A DNA stretch of 64,000 nucleotides from Planctomycetota bacterium (GTDB lineage: Bacteria > Planctomycetota > B15-G4), in the NCBI GenBank assembly GCA_052387675.1, contig JBQTIY010000007.1, positions 68,691 through 132,690 of the forward strand. The letters run 5' to 3'. Shown piece by piece: positions 9,706 to 18,201 of this stretch. A program made the position numbers and the translations under genes. Every line of letters starts with the position of its first letter. Within the stretch, counting starts at the first letter, position 1. Under the pieces are notes generated by a model. It was not told where the DNA came from. It did not search any database and saw only the letters and a program-made list of their open reading frames with translations.

Positions 9706-9827
9706 TGCACCACGGGCCCTCGAAAGTCGGCGCGTGACGAAACGCCGGGAATTGCCGAGAATGCCCGGCTTGACCTGTTGCTCCGCCCTCTCGGTGCCGG
9801 AGCCCGTACCTCGGAGCCATCCGCGCC

Positions 9828-11369
9828 ATGACTGACCAAGCCCCTTCCCACGATCGACCTTCCCGCGACCGACCGGGGGGCGGGGGCGGCCGAAGCGGGC
9901 CGGGTGGGCGCAGTGGCGGAGGCTCGGGCCGGGGACGCGGCCCCGGAGGAAGCTCGGGAGGCGGCGGCCGCTTCGGCGGCGGAAGATCTGGCGGCCGTTC
10001 GGGCGGAGGCGGCCGTTCGGGTGGTGGCCGCCGTCGCGGCGGCCCCGGCGACGGACCGCCCTCCCGTTACGACGACGAGCAGGGCTCCTCCGCGCCCGTT
10101 TCCATGACGACGCCGCCCGCCGACGAAGAGTCGGACAAGGGCATTCCCGTCGAGGAGTGCGCCTTCGCGGAGTTCGACCTCCATCCTGAACTCGTGCGCG
10201 GACTGGCCGCCTGCGGCTACCGCACGCCCTCGCCAATCCAGGCTCGCACCTTGCCCTACGCGCTCGAAGGCCGCGACATCATCGGGCAGGCGCGCACAGG
10301 CACCGGCAAGACCGCGGCCTTCCTCGTGCCGGCGCTGCAGACGCTCAGTCAGCGCCCCGGGCCGCGCGTCGCGGTCGTGGTGCCTACACGCGAGCTCGCC
10401 ATGCAGGTGGCCAACGAATCCAAGCGCATCGGCCAGTTCATGGGCATCAAATCCACCGCCATCTACGGCGGCGATTCCATGGCCCGGCAGGTCACCGACC
10501 TGCGGCAGGGAGCGCAGGTGCTGGCCGCCACGCCGGGGCGCCTGCTCGACCATCTCGGCCGGCACACGCTCACGCTCGCGCAGCTCGACTGCCTGATCCT
10601 CGACGAAGCCGACCGCATGTTCGATCTCGGCTTCCGCGACGACATCGCCCGCATCATGGGCTACGCCACGGGCCGCCGGCAGACCATGCTCTTCTCGGCC
10701 ACGCTCACCGACGAAGTCCTGGCCCTGGCCGGCAAGTACATGAGCGATCCGGCGCGCGTCTTCCTGGCGCCAGACAAGATGACCGTGGACGAGGTGCGGC
10801 AGACCTACCTGCCCGTCGAGCAGGAACGCAAACTGCTGCTCCTGCTGCGCGTCCTCGCCGAAGAGAAGCCCGAGCGCTCGATCATCTTCACGCGCACCAA
10901 GCACGGTGCCGACCGCCTGGCCGAGAACCTGCAGAAGAAGGGCCTGCCCGCCAGCGAGATTCACAGCGGCCTGCCGCAGAAGAAGCGCGAGCGCATCCTC
11001 AAGGGCTTCCGCGACGGCGAGTTCACTTACCTCGTGGCCACCGACGTGGCCGCGCGCGGCCTGGACATCGACGATGTCAGCCACGTGATCAACTTTGACA
11101 TCCCGGAGAATCCCGAGGACTACGTGCACCGCATTGGGCGCACGGCGCGCATGGGCAAGGAGGGCCGCGCGGCCACCTTCGTCACGCCCGAGGATGGCGA
11201 GTTCCTCACGCTCATCGAAAAGCTGATCAACAAAGAGATCCCGGTCGAGCGCTACCCCGATTTCGCGCACACGAGCGCGGGTCCCGGGGCCCCTGAGCCG
11301 GCCAAGCCGGACCTGCCCAAGTACCAGCGCACCCTGCAGGGCTACACCCGGCCGCGCAATCGCCGTTAA
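9828..11369 (+). CDS. DEAD-box ATP-dependent RNA helicase with N-terminal Arg/Gly-rich extension
   Basis: Helicase motifs are present: ARTGTGKTAAF (I), PTRELA (Ia), DEAD in LILDEADRMFD (II), SAT (III) and HRIGRTAR (VI). The first ~85 aa are RGG-type low complexity. Confidence 0.95.
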   Translation: MTDQAPSHDRPSRDRPGGGGGRSGPGGRSGGGSGRGRGPGGSSGGGGRFGGGRSGGRSGGGGRSGGGRRRGGPGDGPPSRYDDEQGSSAPVSMTTPPADEESDKGIPVEECAFAEFDLHPELVRGLAACGYRTPSPIQARTLPYALEGRDIIGQARTGTGKTAAFLVPALQTLSQRPGPRVAVVVPTRELAMQVANESKRIGQFMGIKSTAIYGGDSMARQVTDLRQGAQVLAATPGRLLDHLGRHTLTLAQLDCLILDEADRMFDLGFRDDIARIMGYATGRRQTMLFSATLTDEVLALAGKYMSDPARVFLAPDKMTVDEVRQTYLPVEQERKLLLLLRVLAEEKPERSIIFTRTKHGADRLAENLQKKGLPASEIHSGLPQKKRERILKGFRDGEFTYLVATDVAARGLDIDDVSHVINFDIPENPEDYVHRIGRTARMGKEGRAATFVTPEDGEFLTLIEKLINKEIPVERYPDFAHTSAGPGAPEPAKPDLPKYQRTLQGYTRPRNRR

Positions 11370-11468
11370 GCAGGCCCAAGGGGCCGCGCAGGCCCCGAGG
11401 CCAGCCTTCCCGGGGGGCAACAGTCCGGGCCGAACTCCTGCCGATAGCGGATCCGCCGGAGGATCTGC

Positions 11469-12050
11469 ATGCATCGGCGCCCGTCCCTGACCCAACGCGA
11501 AGGCCTTTTCTCGACCACCCGCTACATCCTGTACGGGAACAAGGTGCGGGTCATTCGGCAGTCGCCCCTGGAGCGCGACGACCAGTACATCCCCCTGGCG
11601 GCCGTGGATCCCGACGCCCTGGTGGTCCGCCAGCCGAGCCCGCGAATGCTAATCCTGGCCGGCCTGCTCACGCTGCCCGGTGCTGTGGCGGCGGCTGGCT
11701 GGCCTGCGCCGCTGCCCGTGGGCTTGGCCACCTGCGCCGCCGGTCTGAGCCTGCTCGGACTGCTGACGCTCGGGGCCAAGGGCTGGCCCGGCCGGCGTTA
11801 TGTGCGCCATGGCGCGCTGCAACTCCTCGTTGACGCGCCGGACGCGACACGCTTCCGCACCTTCGAACAGCACTTGGTGGACGCCTCGCGGCAACAGCTC
11901 GTCGAGGGCGATCCCGTCAGCGAGCCGGTTTCTGTCGCGTCGGAGATCCGCCGCTTGCACGAACACTGCACGGTCGGGCACCTGCCGCCCGAGACCTTCG
12001 GCCGGCACAAGCAACGCCTCATCCAGAGCATCCGGGACTATCTGACATGA
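11469..12050 (+). CDS. Membrane protein with SHOCT-like C-terminal helix (paralog 1 of 3)
   Basis: It shares its architecture with the next two genes: a ~50-aa N-terminal beta-rich segment, two TM helices, a conserved '(A/R/G)PD(A/D)' linker, and a C-terminal SHOCT-like tail (EIRRLHEHCTVGHLPPETFGRHKQRL). Confidence 0.55.
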   Translation: MHRRPSLTQREGLFSTTRYILYGNKVRVIRQSPLERDDQYIPLAAVDPDALVVRQPSPRMLILAGLLTLPGAVAAAGWPAPLPVGLATCAAGLSLLGLLTLGAKGWPGRRYVRHGALQLLVDAPDATRFRTFEQHLVDASRQQLVEGDPVSEPVSVASEIRRLHEHCTVGHLPPETFGRHKQRLIQSIRDYLT

Positions 12051-12658
12051 GCCTCATCGCCCCTGACAGCGCGCGCGAGTCGCCCACGGCGCAGCTCGAG
12101 CAGCGAGTCGGCGGGCATCGCGCTCAGCTCGAACTGTTTGTGGATCGGGTGCGCGTGCGTTCCACCGACTTCTTCGGCAGCCGCGAGATCACCCTGCCCC
12201 TCGACACGCTCTCCCCGCATGTGGTCATCCGGCGCCGCGGCCCGGTCGGCGCACTGCTGGCCGGAGGGGCTCTGGCCGTGATTGCGCTCACCATGCCGGG
12301 CGGCGGCCCGCCCATGGCCGTGCTGGCAGCCATCTTGGGCGTGGGCATCTGGGTTGCCGGCCGCCACCAATACGTGGTCTTCCCTGGGCAGATCTGCGAT
12401 CTGGAGCTGTATCGCGATCGGCCGGATGCCGCTGCGGCACGCCAGTTCGTGGCCCAGATCGTGCGCCGCATCGAGGCCCTCCAGCAAGAGCTGCGCGTGA
12501 TCGAGCGGCAGCGCGAAGGCGAACGCCGCTTCGACCGGGTGGGCGAATTGCTCGCCTTCCGTGAGCTCTACACCGAGGGCATCATCGATCGGTCCGAGTT
12601 CCGGCTCGCCACCGAGATGCTCGGCCGTCAGCGGCAGGACCGCATCGGATTCCGGTGA
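12047..12658 (+). CDS. Membrane protein with SHOCT C-terminal domain (paralog 2 of 3)
   Basis: ATGA start/stop overlap with the previous gene. The C-terminus is LLAFRELYTEGIIDRSEFRLATEMLG, a SHOCT-type motif. Confidence 0.55.
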   Translation: MSLIAPDSARESPTAQLEQRVGGHRAQLELFVDRVRVRSTDFFGSREITLPLDTLSPHVVIRRRGPVGALLAGGALAVIALTMPGGGPPMAVLAAILGVGIWVAGRHQYVVFPGQICDLELYRDRPDAAAARQFVAQIVRRIEALQQELRVIERQREGERRFDRVGELLAFRELYTEGIIDRSEFRLATEMLGRQRQDRIGFR

Positions 12659-13236
12659 ACGCAGTCCTTGAGCAGCGCTTCTCCGCGCTGGTGACAGTTC
12701 GCACGACGCTTCAGCCGCAGGGCCTGATCATTCAGGTGAACAAGTTCTTCCGGCAGCGCGTGCATGCGGTGGAGTTCGACCGGCTCGTGCTGGAGCCCAC
12801 CACGCTCACGAGCGTGCGCAAGCCACTGCTCTGGGGCGCGGCGGCCTGTTTCGCCGCAGCCGTCGTGCTAGCTCTGCCGGCTCCGGCCGCTTGGGTGCCT
12901 AGCCTCGTGCCGGTGCTGATTTTCGGCCTCGCTGTGATGCTGGTCTTCAGCGCCACCATCACTCCTCGCCGGCTGAGCATGTTCCTGGATCGCGAGCAGG
13001 TCTTTCATCCGGTGTTTCTGCGCGAGGGCCCGGACGATGCCGCCGTGGAAGGCTTCCTGCACGAGGTGCGCCGCGCTGTCATCGCCTGGCGCTGCCGGCC
13101 GGCGGAGACGGAGGCCGAAGCCCCCGAGCGCCCGCAACTGGCCGACGCGCTCGATGCGCTCGCCACGATGCGCAGCGAGGGCCTGCTGACTTCCGAGGAA
13201 TTCAGCCGCTTTCGCGAGCTTGCGGCCCAGCGCTAA
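12655..13236 (+). CDS. Membrane protein with SHOCT C-terminal domain (paralog 3 of 3)
   Basis: GTGA start/stop overlap with the previous gene. The C-terminus is LATMRSEGLLTSEEFSRFRELAAQ, a SHOCT-type motif. Confidence 0.55.
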   Translation: MNAVLEQRFSALVTVRTTLQPQGLIIQVNKFFRQRVHAVEFDRLVLEPTTLTSVRKPLLWGAAACFAAAVVLALPAPAAWVPSLVPVLIFGLAVMLVFSATITPRRLSMFLDREQVFHPVFLREGPDDAAVEGFLHEVRRAVIAWRCRPAETEAEAPERPQLADALDALATMRSEGLLTSEEFSRFRELAAQR

Positions 13237-13305
13237 AGTCGGCGCTGCGCGGCGCCCACTGACTCGGCGCGCTTCGAGACCCACCACGCGGCGTATCATC
13301 GCGGC

Positions 13306-14232
13306 GTGAGTCTCCCAGGCCTCGTCACTTCGGTTAGCAGCCGCTCCTACGAAGTGAGCGTCGAGGGCCGGGGCACCGTCCGCTGCACTCTGCGCGGCTC
13401 GCTCTGGGAACGGCAGGACGAGGACGAAGACTCGCGCCCGGTGGCCGTCGGCGACCGCGTGACCGTCACGCTCGATGGCGAATCGGGGGTCATCGAGAGC
13501 ATTGCCGAGCGCAGCAATCGCCTGGCGCGGCCGCACGGCGCCGGCAAGCGGCGGCGCGTGCAGGTCATCGCCGCCAACATCGACCGGCTGATCGTGGTCA
13601 CCTCTCTGGCCGATCCGCCCTTTCGCGCGGGGCTGGTGGATCGCTTCCTTGTCGCTGCAGCGATGCAGGGCATTGCGCCGCTGCTGGTGCTCAACAAGGT
13701 GGACCTCGCCGTCGATCGCGCGCCCGCACAGCCCTACCGCGACTTCGGTTTTCGCGTCCTCGAGACGAGTTGCACGACCGGCGAAGGCGTGGCCGAGCTG
13801 CGCACCGAGATGGGGCGTGGAATCAGCCTGCTCGTCGGGCACTCCGGCGTGGGCAAGAGCAGCCTGCTCAATGCGGTGAGTCCCGGGCTCGAGCTGGCCA
13901 CCGGCGCCGTCACGGACTATCACGGCCGTGGCCGGCACACGACCACGCGGGTGAACCTCGTACCGCTGCTCGGTGGCGGCTACATGGTGGACAGTCCGGG
14001 CATCCGCGAGTTTGGCGTGGAGGGCGTGGGGCCGGCAGACCTGGCGCGCCTCTACCCCGGCTTTGGCGCCTGGCCGGAGAGCTGCCGCTTCGGTGATTGC
14101 CTGCATCGACAAGAGCCGGGCTGCGCCGTGCGAGCGGCGCTCGCGCGAGGCGAACTCGGCGCCGAACGCCACGAAAGCTATCTGCGCTTGCTTGAGGAAC
14201 TCAGCAAGCAGGCCCGTCCCTACGCCAACTGA
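13306..14232 (+). CDS. rsgA: Ribosome small-subunit-dependent GTPase A
   Basis: GTG start. It has an N-terminal OB-like segment and a circularly permuted GTPase (LLVLNKVDL, VGHSGVGKSSLLNAV). The C-terminal zinc knuckle is CRFGDCLHRQEPGCAV. Confidence 0.9.
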   Translation: MSLPGLVTSVSSRSYEVSVEGRGTVRCTLRGSLWERQDEDEDSRPVAVGDRVTVTLDGESGVIESIAERSNRLARPHGAGKRRRVQVIAANIDRLIVVTSLADPPFRAGLVDRFLVAAAMQGIAPLLVLNKVDLAVDRAPAQPYRDFGFRVLETSCTTGEGVAELRTEMGRGISLLVGHSGVGKSSLLNAVSPGLELATGAVTDYHGRGRHTTTRVNLVPLLGGGYMVDSPGIREFGVEGVGPADLARLYPGFGAWPESCRFGDCLHRQEPGCAVRAALARGELGAERHESYLRLLEELSKQARPYAN

Positions 14233-14309
14233 GCGGTCGCCCGACACGCGGGGCAGATTTGCTCGCGTGGCCGCCTCTGGCAACTTCCGATAAGCTGGGC
14301 ACCCCCAGC

Positions 14310-15902
14310 ATGTTGCCCAGCGCCCCCACCGCCGTCCGCCGCCCGATCCGCCGGGTGCTGCTCATGTTCCCGCCGACGCGGCTGGGCAAGGAGCTGCTGC
14401 CGCGCCTGATGCCGCCGCTCGGCATCAGCCATCTGGCCTCGGTCATTCGCGACGACTACGAGGTGCGCCTGCTCGACGCCTCCGGCGAAGACTTCGAGAA
14501 CGTCGTGGACCTGCCGCGCGGCTTCCGACGCACCGGCATGAGCTACGACGCGATTCGCGCCGTGATCGAAGAGTGGCAGCCCGACTTCGTCGGCATGACC
14601 TGCCTCTTCAGCTCGGTGTGGCCGGTGGTGCGCGAGGTCTGCGAACTCATCAAGGACGTGGATCCCGGAATCCTCACGGCCTGCGGCGGCTGCCACCCCA
14701 CCTTTCTCACGCGCCGCTGCATGGACGAAGAGCCGGCCTTGGACTTCATCGTCAAGGGCGAAGGCGAGTACGCGCTGCGCGATCTGCTCAAGGCGCTCAA
14801 CAGCGGCGGCGAACTGCGCCTGGTGGACGGTCTGGCCTTCCGCGAGGGCGGCGATGCGACAGGCGGCGCCGGCGAGGTCTTCATCAATGAGAAGGTCGGC
14901 TACATCCCCGACCTCGATGCGCTGCCCTATCCGGCGCGCGACATGCTCAACCTTGAACTCTACAGCGGCGGCACCTTCCACGGCATCAGCGAGACGCACC
15001 GCAAGGTGGCGGTCATGTACAGCAGCCGCGGCTGCGCGGCCAAGTGCATCTTCTGCTCCTCGGTAGAGTTCTGGGGCCACGAGTACCGGCACCGCAGCCC
15101 CGAGAGCCTGCTCGACGAGATGGAGTACCTGGTCAACACCTACGGGATCCAGGAGATCCAGTTCGAGGACGACAATCTCACGCAGAACAAGCGCCGCGCG
15201 CGCCTGATCTTCGAGGGCATGATCGCGCGCGGCCTGCACGAGAAGATCGTGTGGAACACACCCAATGGCATCGCGCTTTGGGCACTGGACATCGAACTGC
15301 TGCGCCTGGCCAAGAAGGCCGGCTGCTACCAGCTCACGCTGGCCATTGAGAGCGGCAACCAAGAAGTCTTGGACAACGTCATCCACAAGCCGCTGCAGCT
15401 CGACAAGGCGCGCGAGTTGGCCCGCGAGATCAAGGCGCTGGACCTGGACACCAATGCCTTCTTCATCATTGGCTTCCCCGGCGAGACGCTCGCCAACATG
15501 CGCGAGACCTTCCAGTTTGCGCGCGACCTCGACCTGAACAGCGCCTGCTTCTTCATCGCGCAGCCGCTGCCCGGCACGCGCCTCTACGACATCTCGGTGC
15601 GCAACGGCTACCTGCCGGCCGACTTCAAGTTCGAGGACGCCACCTACAGCCGCGGCGTCATCAGCACGCCCGATTGGTCGGCCGATCAGGTGCAGAAGCT
15701 GGCCAACACCGAACTGCTCAAGTACCAGCTCCGCGCCAACCTCAAGAATCCGGGCCGCCTATGGCGCGCCTTCAAGAACGATCCGCGCGCGGTCACGCGC
15801 ATCGTGGGCAAGGTCTTCACCCGCGTGCTCGAGAGTTACCGCAATCGCCCGATCGCCTTCCCGCAGAAGGCACTCTCCAACAAGAGCACGACGAGCGCCT
15901 GA
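14310..15902 (+). CDS. B12-binding-domain radical SAM protein
   Basis: The N-terminal cobalamin-binding-like domain begins VLLMFPP...GISHLASVI. The radical SAM cluster motif is SRGCAAKCIFCSS (CxxxCxxC). I prefer ATG 14310 over the listed TTG at 14259. Confidence 0.88.
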   Translation: MLPSAPTAVRRPIRRVLLMFPPTRLGKELLPRLMPPLGISHLASVIRDDYEVRLLDASGEDFENVVDLPRGFRRTGMSYDAIRAVIEEWQPDFVGMTCLFSSVWPVVREVCELIKDVDPGILTACGGCHPTFLTRRCMDEEPALDFIVKGEGEYALRDLLKALNSGGELRLVDGLAFREGGDATGGAGEVFINEKVGYIPDLDALPYPARDMLNLELYSGGTFHGISETHRKVAVMYSSRGCAAKCIFCSSVEFWGHEYRHRSPESLLDEMEYLVNTYGIQEIQFEDDNLTQNKRRARLIFEGMIARGLHEKIVWNTPNGIALWALDIELLRLAKKAGCYQLTLAIESGNQEVLDNVIHKPLQLDKARELAREIKALDLDTNAFFIIGFPGETLANMRETFQFARDLDLNSACFFIAQPLPGTRLYDISVRNGYLPADFKFEDATYSRGVISTPDWSADQVQKLANTELLKYQLRANLKNPGRLWRAFKNDPRAVTRIVGKVFTRVLESYRNRPIAFPQKALSNKSTTSA

Positions 15903-15961
15903 AGCACGGCGGCGACGGCCCGGCTCGCTCCGCGCGAGCACCCTGAGGAGATTGCCCGGCC

Positions 15962-16843
15962 TTGGCCTGGACCATCGGAACCGCTGAAGATCATGCCGAT
16001 GTCGCGGCGAACCCGGCGCTGCCTCGCACCCTGCGTCTCGCCTTCCTCTTTGCCTTCGCCGGCCTGCTCGGCCTGGCCGCCTTCGGCACGAACGTGACGT
16101 GGGCTCTGCCGGCTGCGCTTTTCCTTCTGGCGGCGCGGCTGCTGGGCACGGCGGCGCTGGGCTTTGTGCGCGCGCGTCCGCCGCAGGGCGGCCCCTGCTT
16201 CGCCCTCGCGCGGCTCGAGCCCGGGCCCGTGCTGGCCGTGGGACGCGTGCTGCCACCCGAGCGCGGCCTGCTCTCGCCGCTCACCTCCACCAAGTGCAGC
16301 TTTTACGACTACGCCGTCGAGCTGCTCGACGAGAGCACCGGCCAGCGCCGCGTCGTGGATGAAGGCCGCAAGCTGACCGACTTCTGGCTGAAGGACGTGA
16401 CCGGCAGCGTGTGGGTGGAGAGCGCGGGCATCGACATCCGCATCCCGCGGCAGCTCGACGAAGACCTGCGCCGCTACGACCAGACGCCACGCGCCGTCGG
16501 CGAGCGCCTGCAGAAGCTCGAGATCAACCCTTTCCTTTCGCCCGGCGTGCGCCGCCCGATTTTCTTCCACGAGACGCGCCTCGATCCGGGCGACAACGTG
16601 CTCGTGCGCGGCGAAGCCGTGCGCGACGCCAGCGGACGCATCGTCATTCGCAGGCCGCGCACCAGCGATCCGGGAGCCGCGCCCGAGCGCGTGGAGTCCG
16701 GCCAGACGGGCCACTCCGACGCCTTCACGGTGGAACGCTGGACGCGCGCCACCTTTGTGCCCATCGTCCCGAGCTGGGCGCGCCGCAACCTCTGGCTGGG
16801 CGCCGCGGCCGCAGCCGCCGGCCTTGTGTTGCTCTTCCGCTAG
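15962..16843 (+). CDS. GIDE-domain-like membrane protein (hypothetical)
   Basis: Two N-terminal TM helices are followed by GRVLPPERGLLSPLTSTKCSFYDYAVELLDE...FWLKDVTGSVWVESAGIDI, which resembles the GIDE (PF12483) pattern. There is a C-terminal TM helix. TTG start. The plus-strand TAG shares the tetranucleotide CTAG with the stop of the convergent symporter gene. Confidence 0.5.
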   Translation: MAWTIGTAEDHADVAANPALPRTLRLAFLFAFAGLLGLAAFGTNVTWALPAALFLLAARLLGTAALGFVRARPPQGGPCFALARLEPGPVLAVGRVLPPERGLLSPLTSTKCSFYDYAVELLDESTGQRRVVDEGRKLTDFWLKDVTGSVWVESAGIDIRIPRQLDEDLRRYDQTPRAVGERLQKLEINPFLSPGVRRPIFFHETRLDPGDNVLVRGEAVRDASGRIVIRRPRTSDPGAAPERVESGQTGHSDAFTVERWTRATFVPIVPSWARRNLWLGAAAAAAGLVLLFR

Positions 16844-18096
16844 CTGCGCGGCTCGCCGCGCGAGACGATGACCGCCGCCACCAGGTCGCCGCTCACATTG
16901 AGCACCGTGCGGCACATGTCGAGGAAGCGGTCCACGCCCAGAATCATGCCGAGCCCGGCCACCGGCACGTGGACCATGCCGAGCATCGCGGCGATGACGG
17001 GCAGCGAACCGGCCGGCACGCCGGCTGTGCCGATGCCGGCCAGGATGCAGAGGCCGCAGACCATGATCTGCTGCGCCAGGCTCAGGTCCACGCCGAAGAA
17101 CTGCGCGAGGAAGAGCACGGTGACACCCTCGAAGAGCGCGGTGCCGTTTTGGTTGGCGGTGCTGCCGATGGTGAGCACGAAGCGGCTCACCTGGGGCGGC
17201 AGGCGCAAATTCTCCTCGGCCACCTTCAGCGAAGTCGGCAGCGTCGCGTTGCTGGACGCTGTGGAGAAGGCCATCACCATGGCCTCGCGGATACCGCGGA
17301 AGAAGGTCAGCGGGCTCATGCCGCCAAAGAGGCTCAACGCCAAGGGGTAGACCACGAACTGGTGGATCGAGAGCGCGAGGACCACCACGCCCACGTAGCG
17401 CCCAAGCTGCGACAGAATCTCCAGGCCCAGCACCGCCGTGAGCGAGAAGAGCAGCGCGGCCACGCCGAGGGGCGTCAGCCGAATGACCAAGCTGATGAGC
17501 TTCATCATCACGTCGTAGAGGCCCTGGATCATCTCCTCGAGCTTGCGCGCGGCGGGCGTGTTGGTCAGCCGTAGGCCGATGCCGAAGAGCAGCGCAAAGA
17601 ACATGAAGCCGAGGTAGTCGCTGTTGGCTGCGGCGCCGATGGGATTGCGCGGCACGATGTTCACGATGAGGTCGATGCCCGGCTTCTGCGCCGAGCCGCC
17701 GGTGAAGACCGCCGAGCGCTCCTCGGCGCCCTGCAGCATGCTCGCGCGGAGTTCGTCGGAGAGCCCCGCGCCGGGCTGGAGCTGGTTGACTAGCGTCACG
17801 CCGATGAACACGGCCGTGCCCGAGAGCAGCACCGTGCACAGCAGGGTCTTGAGGCCCACGCGCCCCAGCGCGCGCAGATCCCCGATGCCCGAAATGCCCA
17901 GGACCAGCGCCGAGAAAATCAGCGGCAGCACCAGCATGAGCAGCAGGTTGATGTAGATCCGGCCGACCGGCTCAGTGCCGTACTTGATGAAGCTGGCCAG
18001 GCGCTCGTCACCGGCCCAGAGCGTGTGAGCCAGCAGGCCGCCGCCGATGCCGACGACCAGGCCGATCAGCATCTTGGTGTGGAGGGGCACGCGCAC
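16840..18096 (-). CDS. Dicarboxylate/amino acid:cation symporter (DAACS/GltP family)
   Basis: Family signatures are present: LVIRLTPLGVAALLF, AFSTASSNATLP, IGSTANQNGTALFEG, AGIGTAGVPAGSLPVI and DRFLDMCRTVLNVSGD. The listed ORF is over-extended at the N-terminus. The likely start is GTG 18096 or ATG 18072. Confidence 0.9.
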   Translation of the reverse strand: MRVPLHTKMLIGLVVGIGGGLLAHTLWAGDERLASFIKYGTEPVGRIYINLLLMLVLPLIFSALVLGISGIGDLRALGRVGLKTLLCTVLLSGTAVFIGVTLVNQLQPGAGLSDELRASMLQGAEERSAVFTGGSAQKPGIDLIVNIVPRNPIGAAANSDYLGFMFFALLFGIGLRLTNTPAARKLEEMIQGLYDVMMKLISLVIRLTPLGVAALLFSLTAVLGLEILSQLGRYVGVVVLALSIHQFVVYPLALSLFGGMSPLTFFRGIREAMVMAFSTASSNATLPTSLKVAEENLRLPPQVSRFVLTIGSTANQNGTALFEGVTVLFLAQFFGVDLSLAQQIMVCGLCILAGIGTAGVPAGSLPVIAAMLGMVHVPVAGLGMILGVDRFLDMCRTVLNVSGDLVAAVIVSRGEPRS

Positions 18097-18201
18097 GGAG
18101 CGGAGTGTGCCGGAACGCTCCGGACGAGGCCAGCGTGGAGGCTGTTTCCTCGGCAGCCGCTGGACTATCCTCTGCGCCAATCCCCGGGAGCGCCGAACCG
18201 C

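Noticed and set aside
9706-10236. N-terminal extensions of listed ORFs. Examples are 9100-10236, 16840-18423, 18025-19848, 20238-21533, 27962-29353, 40655-41674, 41508-42704 and 58771-61527.
   Set aside because: The extensions are Arg/Pro-rich. They overlap neighbouring genes or repeat elements, and they precede obvious native N-termini such as signal peptides, NSS TM1 or the MC...NRDE start. I trimmed these ORFs to internal starts.
9606-11495. A 629-aa ORF on the minus strand, antisense to the DEAD-box helicase gene.
   Set aside because: The translation is Arg/Ala/Gly-rich with no recognisable motifs, and it fully overlaps a gene with unmistakable helicase motifs. This is a typical high-GC antisense artefact.
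12868-14283. A 471-aa minus-strand ORF antisense to rsgA and to the third SHOCT paralog.
   Set aside because: It has no motifs, and the rsgA frame carries the complete GTPase and zinc-knuckle signatures. This is a GC-driven open frame.
16840-16843. Convergent genes (the GIDE-like gene and the DAACS symporter) share the tetranucleotide CTAG as overlapping stop codons.
   Set aside because: This is a real observation, but most likely a trivial consequence of tight packing. No hairpin or regulatory structure is evident around it.
15836-17839. A 667-aa minus-strand ORF overlapping the GIDE-like gene in antisense. It also overlaps the symporter gene on the same strand in a different frame.
   Set aside because: The composition is Arg/Gly/Ala/His-rich and non-protein-like. 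The symporter frame over 16840-18096 has strong DAACS signatures, and the region cannot code for both.
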